A stretch of 63,817 nt of DNA, counting the filler, from Lenisia limosa (Eukaryota > Protista > Breviatea), in the NCBI GenBank assembly GCA_001655205.1. It is 10 parts of 10 records of this genome, joined end to end, with 100 filler letters (N's around TTAATTAATTAA, not from the genome) between each part and the next. Parts side by side here need not be neighbours in the genome. Positions count along the whole stretch, not along the records: positions 37,193 to 39,517 come from LPNZ01002853.1; positions 39,618 to 41,431 come from LPNZ01007315.1; positions 41,532 to 49,013 come from LPNZ01010260.1; positions 49,114 to 50,842 come from LPNZ01000191.1; 6 more parts are not named here. The stretch is one strand, 5' to 3'. The position numbers and the translations under genes are program-made. Each line of letters begins with the position of its first letter. The first letter of the stretch is position 1. Positions 37,300 through 49,789 of the stretch are shown piece by piece. Below the pieces are notes generated by a model, which ran no database searches, was not told the origin of the DNA, and saw only the letters and a program-made list of their open reading frames with translations.

Positions 37300-38787
37300 C
37301 GTATTTCTACCGTCGTTCCTCCGACAAGGTCATCATCGAGCTTCTTCGAGGCACCACCCTCAACTAACACTGTATTATGTATTCACATCCATCATTTTCT
37401 CAATTTCTTGCGTTAATTGTTCAGAAAAATTATCCACAAAACGTCAAAAAATTATAATAAGGGGGCAAACACACCCTCCTCGAAACACACAAGAATGTAT
37501 ATTGACACCAAGAATCCCATGCAATATTCTGATAATCTCACAACGTTTTATTGTTTTTGAATATGTTTTGCGGTGAAAACCTGTGCCGGATCGATATTTC
37601 CAAATGGTGAGAATCCCAAGTCAATGCTCTGCATATTATTTTCAAATCTAATGATTCTCACTGATTGTGTGCTCTTTTGGAGCCAAGAAGTGATATTAAC
37701 CCCCAATCATTTGTCTTACCAGCTTTCCTTACCTCCCAAAATTGTAGGTATATTTTGAAAGAAGAAAAAAACACATTAAATACAATAAATACTACTCCCA
37801 CAAAAAAACGAAACATTAATACCATGGAGTCCCCTCCGATTTCCTGACCCCTAAAGAGGTAAGCAAAAGATATATTGCTGGGTACTGAATGTGGAGAATA
37901 TTTGTAACGATAGAAGTTGCAAAAAGTTTAGTAAAAAATAATGCAACTTAATAAAAACCTATTAAAAAATGAATCAGATAAAGGAATACCGAACCTCCAA
38001 GGGGGTTTTTGAGGCTCTGAACATTGGCCTTATTGGTGACAATGTCGTTGATGAGAGCATCCTTAGAAGTTAGTTCAATAGTTCCAGAGAATTAAGGGTA
38101 TGTAAGTAGAGATGACGAATAGAAGAGCTGACAAAAGCCGTCCACACCCGCTGCCTAGCTTTCTGCGCTACCCAGTATATTAATTCACCCAATCATTTGC
38201 CTTTCTATAACCAGCTTTCTGCGTACCTCCATCTGAGAATTCAGGATATCACAGTGAATGATATTGTCTCTAGTACCACATAATATGTCATGTTTCTCTC
38301 TTACCATCTTCAGTTTGTCTAATATCCCCCACCCCCACCTTGTAATTCCGCCATCTCGTCTTGCTGAGCTGCTTATGATACATCCGCGACAATGTGGCCA
38401 TTGGACGCTCACCCTTCCACTCTGTAGCCACCATTTCGGCTGTTGTTGCTCGATCCACATCTGAGTAATTAGTTAACAATATATCGATATAGTACCCATA
38501 TTACCAAATATTACTCAACCTGGAAGACCCCCCCCCCCCCNNNNNNNNNNNNNNNNNNNNNNNNNNNNNNNNNNNNNNNNNNNNNNNNNNNNNNNNNNNN
38601 NNNNNNNNNNNNNNNNNNNNNNNNNNNNNNNNNNNNNNNNNNNNNNNNNNNNNNNNNNNNNNNNNNNNNNNNNNNNNNNNNNNCTTGTTACCTAGATGAT
38701 GCAAATAAGACGAAGTAGAATTACAAAAATGAGCGTAGAACTTGGTAAGTTGAGATCGACAAAGTAAACATTGGTCAAGACTTACCA
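37300..38787 (-). CDS. Hypothetical multi-exon gene (possible MGNK N-myristoylation start)
   Basis: ATG|gtaagt intron then GTAACAAG (M-G-N-K if spliced); further exons DVDRATTAEMVATEWK and DALINDIVTNKANVQSL. Not all frames could be reconciled. Confidence 0.35.
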
Positions 38788-39617
38788 TTGTTTGTGTGTT
38801 TGTCTGAGTATGAGTGTTACCCCACTCCATTTTGCCCCATTTCTTAATATTCTTAACAAATAAAAACATTTTCAACACCACCAATTTGGATTAATATTTC
38901 TACCCCCCTCTCCCCCAAATACTACAATTATCAAATTGGTTACATATAAAAATTGATAACTTAGATCATTTCCACCCACTGCTCAATTCTGCGGCTCCCA
39001 TGAACTGGTGCAACCTCACGTCACAGACTCTCATGTTCCTTGTGTACGACGGGTCATCAAGCTGTAAGGAGTTAATTATGCCAACAAAACCAAAAGATAT
39101 TATAATTTCATCAAGCTGCAAGAAGTTAACATGCCTTAGAGGAGGATTACATCAGGTCCAAAGGTCCAACATGTTCACCCCCCCCCCACATCAGGCAAAA
39201 CTTGTTTGTACAGGGAACACGCCCCTTTTCGGAGAACGTAAATCATTTGGCAGGCCTCCCCCTCTTTGTACACCGCTAGAGGTAATTAGAGAAATCAAAC
39301 TAGGCTGTATCTGGCCAAAGCCGTCCACACCAACATGCTTATAATACGAGATATTGGATAATAATAATATTAAAATGCCCAATCATTTGCCTTACAACTC
39401 TGTGCACACAGCTTCCCAATCATTTGCCTTACAACTCAGTCCACACAGCTTATAAACCACTTTTGGTAAATCTTACATTATTTATCCCCATCCCACTTTG
39501 CCCTTTTTCGAATTTTTNNNNNNNNNNNNNNNNNNNNNNNNNNNNNNNNNNNNNNNNNNNNTTAATTAATTAANNNNNNNNNNNNNNNNNNNNNNNNNNN
39601 NNNNNNNNNNNNNNNNN

Positions 39618-41330
39618 CGCCAGTCTTCGCGGCCCTTGCCAACATTCTTCACAAGAGCAAAACTCTCAAACCCTCTAACTCCTATTCCCAGTGAGGGTCG
39701 TTTCACCCTTACCTTTTTCGGACAAGAGAAGTGATATACATAAGAAATCTAGGGAAACAAATACATAGGGATACCATAAACAAATTACCATGCTTCCGCG
39801 CCCAACCATACCCCTATATATCCAGTGACCAGGATAAGTCTTGACCGAATATCCTTGGGAAACCAAATAGCAGATCAGTCAAGACTTATCCCGGTCACTG
39901 TGCATAATACACACAAGTACAATTAATTACACCCCCCCCCCCCNNNNNNNNNNNNNNNNNNNNNNNNNNNNNNNNNNNNNNNNNNNNNNNNNNNNNNNNN
40001 NNNNNNNNNNNNNNNNNNNNNNNNNNNNNNNNNNNNNNNNNNNNNNNNNNNNNNNNNNNNNNNNNNNNNNNNNNNNNNNNNNNNNNNNNNNNNNNNNNNN
40101 NNNNNNNNNNNNNNNNNNNNNNTCGCCAGGTTGGATATGCGGATATAACGGGGAACAGCACTTCCAACAATATGATGTTGCTCTGTTTTGGGCAGATACG
40201 ACCTTGTTGTATTGTTTTTATCATTTCTACATATGATGATTAAAAAACGGCCTACCTAATCCCTGGCAGCCAATCGAAGTGGAATTCAGAGTCTCAATGC
40301 AAGTCTCATCATTTCCCCTGTTGGCATCTACGGTCAACTTCGATGTGAGGGGGGGAGGGGAGGGGGTAAACCTATATCATAGTATATTATATAGCTATGA
40401 TGTATATCTATCATATAGTATATGTATGTTTATGTGTGCTTTTGCAGGTACATCTGCTCGACTTCTCTGTGTTGTGAACAAGTACATTCTATAATTCAGA
40501 GATTCAAAAATAATGCATAGGGATACCAGAAACAATTTCATACTTCAATGTTCTTTCAGCGGTGTTGAATGCCACCAACTTTAACCTCATTGTGTTTTGT
40601 GCTGTGTCCATAAACTCCAATGACATAAACCATGAACCGGGGTTGTCAACTCGCAGGCGGAAAAGTGAAATATCAGTGGGATCCTAGCGATCCTGATCTC
40701 TTTGAAGAAAGTCACCGTCTAGCGGAATTCCCCCTGGGAAGCAGTATACTTCTGACTTCTCTTGTCGTCAACCCGCACTCTCTTGCCATTCTATGTCTGG
40801 ATGAACACGAATTAGGTGAGGGGAATTGACTTTCCGAAGATCTTTTTCACTACAGTACCAGGTTTTATACTATACTCCCCAAAGTCCGTTCTTAAATTAC
40901 TGCGTTAACCCATGGGATTTTCTGAAAAGATCCTTTAGTCACATCGAGGCTCCACTGGCCTGGGCTTTGTTTGTTTTCTTGTTTTAACCCTTGTGTGTTT
41001 CCCAAATGCATACCGACAGGGTTGTTCATTTCCTTAATTTTCCCCCTTCCTCCCATAGGTCCGAAATCCGGACTTCTCCTTGAAGCCCTAGTGAGAAACA
41101 CTCAAACCATCGAAATTCTGAGTCTGAAGCATAATCAACTTGGGTCCGCCCTACTGGTATGCTGTGGGTGAAGAAAGCCAGGGGTGGGAGGGGAGTCATT
41201 TTAGTATTATGGGAATGCTTGGAGGTGGGGAACTTAATCTATTGCCTCCTTACCATTCCAAAACAATTTGCAGTAAAGTCTCTATTGAAACTAGGATCAC
41301 AGAGATCCAAAGGTTGACTGGCACTTAACC
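39618..41330 (+). CDS. RNI-like leucine-rich-repeat protein (internal fragment)
   Basis: Exons read ALANILHKSKTL, SGIQSLNAS, PHSLAILCLDEHELG, LLEALVRNTQTIEILSLKHNQLG, fitting the LxxLxLxxNxLG pattern. Confidence 0.6.
39823..39900. mobile_element. 78-bp Tc1/mariner-type MITE family B copy
   Basis: CAGTGACCAGGATAAGTCTTGACCGA...GTCAAGACTTATCCCGGTCACTG. Confidence 0.85.
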
Positions 41331-41659
41331 ACATAAAACGGCTTTCCCCTCTCAAACTTAATCCAAAACCTGCTTTTCTCTCACACACTTACTCTATTTC
41401 CTTGACATTGTGCTGCAGAAGCGACTGACCTNNNNNNNNNNNNNNNNNNNNNNNNNNNNNNNNNNNNNNNNNNNNTTAATTAATTAANNNNNNNNNNNNN
41501 NNNNNNNNNNNNNNNNNNNNNNNNNNNNNNNAGGGGGGATGAAAGATACAAACAAAAACCCCAAACTATTATACCAAAATTTTAAAAAAGGTGGTGACAT
41601 GACAGAAAAAAACAAATCAGCAAAATATTGACGCTCATTGGGGAATATAAACCGTCATA

Positions 41660-44600
41660 GTAACCCTTTTACATACCTGGAGATCCTTGATTGTAATCTC
41701 TTGGAACTGACTGTTGAGGGCCGAGCCAGTCTATGGGGTATGAGAAGCATCTTATTGCAAAAAAACGAAATTATCCAAGCAATGCAATATATCAAGAGGG
41801 CTGAATTGAAGCTCCCTTGTAAACAACTTGGGCTCCATACGTCAAAAGACCAGTAAATATCGATATTAATCGAGAAACGAGATCTTTTTTCGGTGAAGTT
41901 ATCGAGGCAAATGACCCACAGAGGAAGGAAGGGTCTTGGCATTTTGGCTGTTTGAAAGTACTCGCTGCCCTGGGGACATGGGTGACTTTACCTAAAAAGG
42001 GTCAAATATGAAATAAAGCAAAGCCCAATGACAAAATAAACGAATAAACCAAAACCCACGTTGTGTTTGGGGGGCGAGATCATAGTCTGGTTGGGGAGCG
42101 GGTTGCCAGGGGAGGGAGGGATGAAGCGATTGGACTACATGATAAGGGAGAGAGAGAGAGAGAGGGAGAAACAGAGAGGGAGAAACAGAAGCTGCTCAAG
42201 ATCAACCTATCCTGGTTTATCATAATATATTTCTCGACAGCCAAGGTTCACCTTCTGGGGAGAGTGCTCAATGGAGTACACACTCGAGGATTCGCTCTGA
42301 ATAGGTCACCCCTGCAGAGAAGAAATACGATGGGGTTTTGAAAGCCAATTGGATAGAGGGGGGGGGGTTGATTCAATACTCTGATATGAAATATCAATGG
42401 TACAATGATGGGGTTGCAAAGGACGTGATCAAGATGATGCTCGGAGACAGGCAGTAACCAATTCAATGCCACGTTAAAAACCCTCTTCATTTTGCCCCCA
42501 CGGTAGAAGTGACAGTTCTCGAGGGCATGGACTGGGTGAGTTTGAGAGACTCGGGCTGCGAGGCTGAGATGTTGGCCTTTTCCAAGACATTTCGGAAGTA
42601 GAGCTCGTCAAAAAGAATCAACTAGAAAGGTTATTGATATTAGTCCTTTAGTACTTCACAATCATATACCTTCAGTCCATGCTCAAGGCACTGCTGTTTT
42701 GTGATCTTTATGGGAGAGTATACTATCTACCTACAAGACACTTGGTGTCACGGACCCCTTCCCACCTCCACGGCTTCCGCAACTGACTCGATAGTGAGGG
42801 GCTCTCCAGAATCCTCAAGGCGTTGTACGGCTTGACGGACCTGGGGAGGTTGAAGTAAGAATAAAGAAATAAAGCAGAGGCTCACAAGCAAGTGTCTCAA
42901 ATCCTTAATGACCCCAACGAATATGACCTAGAGAAGCCCAGAACGCACCTCTTTGGCGACTGTATCGTCCGACATATCAGCAACAGAGGAGGCCACGAGA
43001 CCAGGGATACCAGGGCCCCAGCGCTGCTTCGTCAATATTTACAGAAATTATATAAATGTTGAAATCATATCGTATGCATGAGATTTGTAGATGATTTGAA
43101 TCGATATTGAGTATTCTGTACAGTGTGTTTTGGACTTCATTGGTGTAAGTAAAGAGGCGATTTCTTCCAGAAAGAAGTATCATTTTTAGGGTCAGAGTGA
43201 AGACTATGTCGTATTGTTTTAACATATTACAAAGCAGCATGTACAAAAAAAAGAAAGAACCGAAGAAACTCTCGCACCAAGTCATGCTTGGGTCTTGGCA
43301 GGCACTGGCCGCTGTCGTTGAGGAAGGCGCATAGGCCGTCTTCGTCCACTGCGTTTTCGGGGAGAACTCCGCGTAACTGCCCACTCAGACGCGACACAAT
43401 GCGCTAGGGGGGGGGGGGGNNNNNNNNNNNNNNNNNNNNNNNNNNNNNNNNNNNNNNNNNNNNNNNNNNNNNNNNNNNNNNNNNNNNNNNNNNNNNNNNN
43501 NNNNNNNNNNNNNNNNNNNNNNNNNNNNNNNNNNNNNNNNNNNNNNAATGTTATTTTTTTTAAAAAAATATTTTAACTTTGCTCCTCGCCCAACCCCCCT
43601 CCTCCAACGTTTATATCAGAAGCCGGAAACTTGGCTGGCGACTGTTTTCCCTCAGCTGAGCCGCTGGAGCTTGTGGATGAGGTGGCCTGAAGGGTCAAGG
43701 GGAAGGGGACGAAAGAAGATTATCTCAATACAGTGCGCAATGTCACCATACCTCTTCGATGATAGGCCGGGCGCTGTCCGATTCACTGTCCACTACGAGT
43801 TCGGCCTCGTCGGCAACGTCGGAACATCCGGCTTCCGAACCGTAGTCGTCCCCGGGCCTCAGGCCAAGCCGGCTTGTGGGGTGGGCTGGGGGGGGGGGGT
43901 NNNNNNNNNNNNNNNNNNNNNNNNNNNNNNNNNNNNNNNNNNNNNNNNNNNNNNNNNNNNNNNNNNNNNNNNNNNNNNNNNNNNNNNNNNNNNNNNNNNN
44001 NNNNNNNNNNNNNNNNNNNNNNNNNNNNNNNNNNNNNNNNNNNNNNNNNNNNNNNNNNNNNNNNNNNNNNNNNNNNNNNNNNNNNNNATGTATGTATGAA
44101 AGAGATAGCCATAGTAATTTACATCCTTCGTCTGACAAATACAATAGAGCTTAAACAGGAAATCATAGTGATGAAAGCCTTTAGCAAATAGGAAAGATTT
44201 GGTAGTTTCATGGACAGCATCCCACTTTCTCGTTCGCTCGTTGTGGTGGTGGAGCTACTGGTCTCACTCGGGGTCTTGGAGCGCACCCTGCTTCTGAATT
44301 CATAAGCGAGGACAAAAAGCCAACTGTGTCTGAAAAAAATTTAATGGATTNNNNNNNNNNNNNNNNNNNNNNNNNNNNNNNNNNNNNNNNNNNNNNNNNN
44401 NNNNNNNNNNNNNNNNNNNNNNNNNNNNNNNNNNNNNNNNNNNNNNNNNNNNNNNNNNNNNNNNNNNNNNNNNNNNNNNNNNNNNNNNNNNNNNNNNNNN
44501 NNNNNNNNNNNNNNNNNNNNNNNNNNNNNNNNNNNNNNNNNNNNNNNNNNNNNNNNNNNNNNCAAGAATTGATAAATGCAGTCTGCTTTTGAAGTAACCG

Positions 44601-45990
44601 AAGCTATGTCTATTGTTAACATAATGTTGCTCACAGTTACTATTTGTATGCAGGGGTACAGAGATTACAATACGACCAGTTTTTTTTTTGATCGAAATTA
44701 GCTTACCTATTGGCAATATCAGACATGGGGGACCCGCGGCTGGGAGGGGAGTTGTCGGCCTTGGCGTCTTCTAACATCTGATCAAGTTGCCTGAAGGGTG
44801 AATGTGTAAAAAAAACGAAATGGTTTAAAAGTGTCACTTATCATTTGTCATTTATGTGTTCTCGGTACTAGTTTTAATAGAGACATTACTGCAAAAAGGG
44901 TACTTCTGTTGACAATGACCTCAATAATAGTGTGTTTTTAAATGAAGTAAGACATGTGTTAATGTAGCATTGTTGCTAACCTCTCCAGGAAATCCGCACT
45001 TTCCAGACAAGGGTCTTCCGAACTCTCCTGGTCTGGGGTAATTGGCTTCCGAACCTTCCGACGACGTCTCCTTGTTGGCCTAAGGATTAATCATTTGGCC
45101 TTAGTGGGGGTGGGGGCAATTTGGCCTTGTGAAATGATGAAGGAAGACCAAATGCATCGAGGATAAGCGTACTGTGGTTGTGGCTGCTTGCCAAACATCG
45201 GGATGGCTCCAATGGAGGACTTCTTTTTGTTTTCCTCCTGAAGGATTAGAGTGCAATTGTATGGGTCATGGATGTTTCAGACAGTCATAATTATGGCAAG
45301 TACTTGGATATGTTGAAACCGAGTGAGATAGAATAATATGAAATAATAATTTTAAAATACCCCCTCCCTCTCCCTCTCACGAGTTGAGCCTGTTCTGCAG
45401 CGACAACAAGGCCGGAAGGGGAGGGTTGGGCTTGATGTCTCGGGCTAAAGGCCTGAGCTGAGGACGGACGCGGCCGTTTAGTGACCACTACTGGGTTAAC
45501 TGCAACAATGTGGCATCTGTTATCATGTAGTTTTCTCGTATTTAACAACAACAGATGATGCGGAGGGAGCCGCGTAATACCCAACTTACAGTCTTCGCTG
45601 CGCGCGCTTTGGGGAACTGGAGGGGGTTCAGGGAAAGATCCAGTACCAGCACAACACGCTCTAAAGGTGTTGGAGGAGAAGTACATGTACATGTACATAT
45701 ATAATATATATATGTCATACATGATGTAAACAGATCATATACTATGTTGTATTATGTTTATACTAATTCATATATGTATATCGATAGTAAAACGAAGGAT
45801 ATTTCGATGAAGAATATTGGCGAATAGGTGGGAGGGGGGGAGGGGGGAGCAACCAAAGTATTGGATGCTATCAAGGTAACAGGGGGAAACAACAGTTCTA
45901 ACACACTTCAAAGAAAGCAACCCAAAAATCCGCAATATGGTGATTGTTTTTACCGGAATTGGTGTTTCTGCTGCGGCCAGTTGAATTAGT
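41660..45990 (-). CDS. Hypothetical multi-exon gene, Ser/Pro-rich
   Basis: About 18 AG/GT-bounded exons with open frames (e.g. FDELYFRNVLEKANIS, VRQAVQRLEDSGEPLTIESVAEAVE, RIVSRLSGQLRGVLPENAV). No family recognised. Confidence 0.5.
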
Positions 45991-46074
45991 TTTTTTACTA
46001 TAACTGTGTATGGAAAAAATAGGAGTTTTATTCATTTCAAAATAATTTTTTTAAAAAAAAAGAAGAAAAAAAAA

Positions 46075-46156
46075 CGACAACGACGAGATTCGAACTCGCG
46101 CGGGCAAAGCCCATTAGATTAGCAATCTAACGTGTTAACCACTCCACCACATTGCC
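46075..46156 (-). tRNA. tRNA-Ser (GCT)
   Basis: 82 nt. Acceptor stem GGCAATG/CGTTGTC, anticodon arm TTAGA-TTGCTAA-TCTAA, long variable arm GGGCTTTGCCC, T loop GTTCGAATC, downstream poly-T. Confidence 0.95.
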
Positions 46157-46269
46157 CTGTACATTTTTAAAGTCCACAGATTCATTCTGGATAGTGTTCC
46201 AAAAACGGATTTTTTTTTAGAATGTTTTGTCCTTTCACAATTTCAAATGCCCATCTTTCAATATATTTT

Positions 46270-47850
46270 TGCCTTTTCAAAACAAATGCCCTCCTCGACC
46301 ACTCACTCCGAGTCTGGCAAATCCGCTGTGACCTCTTGGAGGAGGGGGCCCAACAGACAGGTTGCGGTCCCTGAAAGCCCGTCCGTCACCATGGACTCCA
46401 TCGTCACCTTGGTCCTTGGGCCCTCGCCAACACCTGTCCAACCATTGTCGTACTCCCTATCACCTTCATTGTCACCTTCGCCACCTCCAATTCCTAGACC
46501 TCTACCGCACCGCCTCCGACCCCGGACACCCACGGACTTCGACTTTGACATAGCCAGGGGGGTCATCACGAGCAACCTCACCACCCACCCGATCATGACC
46601 TTCCATCGCCCCACATGTCCGTCGTTCCGGGAGTACCTACGCCTCCCACCACCTCACTAACCTCACCTTTGTCTTCCAACCTCACCCCTAACCACCCTAA
46701 CCACCCCTTCTTTCCCTCATACCTCCACCTATTCGATTTACAACAATTGAATATCATCCCTATTACATTATTATGTGATAGGTGAAACCCGTAAAACAGT
46801 TTGCACTCCAAGTGCCCAGATCACTCGCCGCGCCACCACAGAAGAGATCACCACCCCGCCGCCTCGCTCTAGTCTGTTCACACGCTGCCCAGGTCCTTTC
46901 AATTTTGTTTGGAATCTCTTCGCCACCTTTTGTCCTCATGTCGACACCCAGTCATGATTGACTTACGACGGAAAATTGCTTCCGATATTAAGGACACCCT
47001 CCTCACAGCCCGTCTTTTTTTACGACCAGGTCCCCTCGACTGAAATCGCAAGGATCGCTGCCTCCACCATCTGACCGCACACTGCCCCGAACTGTCGTCG
47101 CTGGAACATCCCTGTTCTGCGATGTGAGCCGTTTAGCTGCCGGCATCTGCCCTCAGATCACCGAGTCCCTCACCCCCATCTTCGATAAGAAGTTGCTCGT
47201 ACGCAAGGCAGTCACTCCCTCGCCGTCTGGAACGCCCGTTGTGATCTTCTGTCTGAGGGCCCCGGTCCTCCTGAACCCTTGCGCCTCTCCCCTACTGCCC
47301 TACCACTACCTACGCCATTCCCGGATGTTGTCGCTTTCATCCCCAGATCTCCCCCGCCGGTGACCCAGCCTGATTCTAATTCTCTATCACCTTCGATTTC
47401 ATCTTCTCACATTCGTTGAAAGAGGCCCAAGTCCCCGACAGCTTTCGACTACAGAATAGCCCGAGGTGTCGCAGGAAACCACCTCACTAAGTCCCCTACT
47501 ATGACCTTCCACGGTCCGGTCTGCCCCTCTATGCGGGACTATCTCAATTATCTTACCGAGAATAGCCTCACCATCTACACTTTCGTCTTCCTACACCCCT
47601 CCTCTTAATCTCCACTCGCAAGGCAGTTTGCACGGCAGTATTTTTCTCCCCCCCCCCCCCNNNNNNNNNNNNNNNNNNNNNNNNNNNNNNNNNNNNNNNN
47701 NNNNNNNNNNNNNNNNNNNNNNTTCGCTTCGTGATAGGTGAAACCTGTAAAAAGGTTGCCCCCGGACCTTTAATAACATTCTTTCTTGAACTACCTCCTC
47801 GGGGCTTTTCACCGCTGCCGACACCAACGACGCCCTGCTTTCCAATTTTC
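46270..47850 (+). other. C-rich region with duplicated, partly disrupted ORF modules; possible decayed element
   Basis: DFDIARGVITSNLTTHPIMTFHRPTCPSFREYL (~46535-46640) is paralogous to FDYRIARGVAGNHLTKSPTMTFHGPVCPSMRDYL (~47440-47545). gataggtgaaacc.gtaaaa occurs at ~46777 and ~47732. Confidence 0.4.
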
Positions 47851-48335
47851 TTGTCTTAACTGTACTAAATGTTTTTTAGAATACATTTCGTGTTCTTTCA
47901 AAAAAAAAATTTTTCACCAGGTAAAGTTATATCTCGTTATTTGAGGGGGCTACTTTCAAAAAAAAGTAGATACCGCAGTGATAATAGTTTTCAAAGCTTG
48001 TTACTCTAATTTTATCAATTTTTTTTTTAAAAAGGGCAAAATGGTGTTATATTGAACGGGTTTTTTTAATCATTAATCGAAGAAAGGAATTTCAATACTT
48101 CTTCTATCAAACAAGTACTTTCAATAGCCCTCATATAATGTGAATCAGACGACATAGGTAGTGGGAAGATGTTCAGGCTTTGAACTGACACATGTTAAAA
48201 AGGGTGGAACAAAAATTGAAGTGAATTATTTATTTTGTACTAAAAACGGTTTTTTCTGAGAGCTATCCACTTTTGACTGGGTGTGTTCAAGGAGCTGTTA
48301 GCCTGGTTCTCTTTTGAAATAGGAGAATTAAAGGA

Positions 48336-48410
48336 AGAAAAAGAAAAGAAGAAAAGAAGAAAAGAAGAAAAGAAGAAAAGAAGAAAAGAAGAAAAGAAGA
48401 AAAGAAGAAG
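48336..48410 (+). repeat. 12-bp purine tandem repeat (aagaagaaaaga)n
   Basis: About six units visible directly. Confidence 0.9.
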
Positions 48411-49134
48411 AGAAAAAAAAAAAAAACAAAGCAGAAGCCCAGGAATAATAAAAAAAAGAATGAGCAGGGGAGTCATGCATGTGTAGTATATTTATGAGTG
48501 CCCTGATACCTGAAAGTGGCAATGAGTCGTGCAGCATCAGCAAAGTCCTCGGGGCCACTCAGAGCCGCCAAGTCTGAGTGAGGGGGGGGGGGAAGAAGGA
48601 TATTCAGATAATATGCTAGTTCTCTTCAGTAAATTTTATCAGTTTTACAACGATAAAATACCTACCATTGAATGATTGTTAAAAAATAACTTTTGAGTAA
48701 AAAAGGAAGTCAAATTATCCCCCCAAAATATATATGATATAATGATAGATAGTATATCATTGAAAATGATATCTATACATATATTATATGTATGTGTGTA
48801 TACTATATACTATGTATGTTTATTATATATATAGTATAGTATACTATACTACTATAATTATATATCGATATATATAGCAATGAGAAATAAAAAATAAGCC
48901 ACACCATCACGCTTATAAGAGATATTGGATGATAGTATAATATTAATTAACCCAATCATTTGTCTTACAACTCTGTGCACACAGCTTTCTGCGTGCCTCC
49001 CATATATGCTATANNNNNNNNNNNNNNNNNNNNNNNNNNNNNNNNNNNNNNNNNNNNTTAATTAATTAANNNNNNNNNNNNNNNNNNNNNNNNNNNNNNN
49101 NNNNNNNNNNNNNTATCCCTCCACCCCTCTCCAC

Positions 49135-49789
49135 TCAAGTGAAAATGAAGATGGTGAAGAAGACCCCCCATACAGGAACAAGTCCGCCAAGCCAGCTCCT
49201 GGAGATCCGAGCCTCAAAGCCGACAATTATGCGGTACAGCCAAAGGCAGACGAGCGTCATTGGAATTCCGACGACGATAATGCAGAGCGCGAGAGAGACT
49301 GCGGATGTGAAAAAGGGGAATTTAGATGAGAATTAAAGAAAAACAGGATCCCGCGGCCAATTTAATGATTATTCGGTTCGTGATTAGTCTCTTCATTAAG
49401 ATTTTTTTTACCCCCACCAGCAAAAGTCACAATGCCGAAGATAAAGAGTACAATGCCCCAGACGAAGCACGCGAGGACATAGGCAAGGTCAAGCCTGGAA
49501 CGTCAATACAACTGTCGATACTGAAGAGCGGAGGAGAATTATCGCGCGTCAGGAGAAATACCAATATCCCCTTGAGCAATCAACATCCCTCCCAAGGCAA
49601 AGAGAAAAAAGAAAAACCGGAAAAGAGGCATGCGGGAGGAATGACAGGAATGAGGTTGTGAGTTGTCGGGGGTTAACCACGAAGAGCCCACCATCTTCTT
49701 CCCTCTGTAACGATCTTGAAGTAGTTCTGAATGCCGTCAAGGCCGGGCTTACGCTCGTCATCGGCGTTGCTGAAAGGGCTGAATAACAT
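49135..49789 (-). CDS. Membrane protein with 'Putative sensor' (PF13796-like) domain, fragment
   Basis: Spliced exons read NYFKIVTEGRRW|LDLAYVLACFVWGIVLFIFGIV..SLALCIIVVGIPMTLVCLWLYRIIVGFEARISRSWLG, resembling the W..L.YLL..FP.GIV.F......L....VGIP.L.......L..ER pattern. Confidence 0.6.

Noticed and set aside
38210-38240. Family A as an introner because its end reads GGAG|gtacgc or GGAG|gtaagg
   Set aside because: In other copies the same end is preceded by non-exonic TA-rich DNA, and the repeat does not define both intron boundaries.
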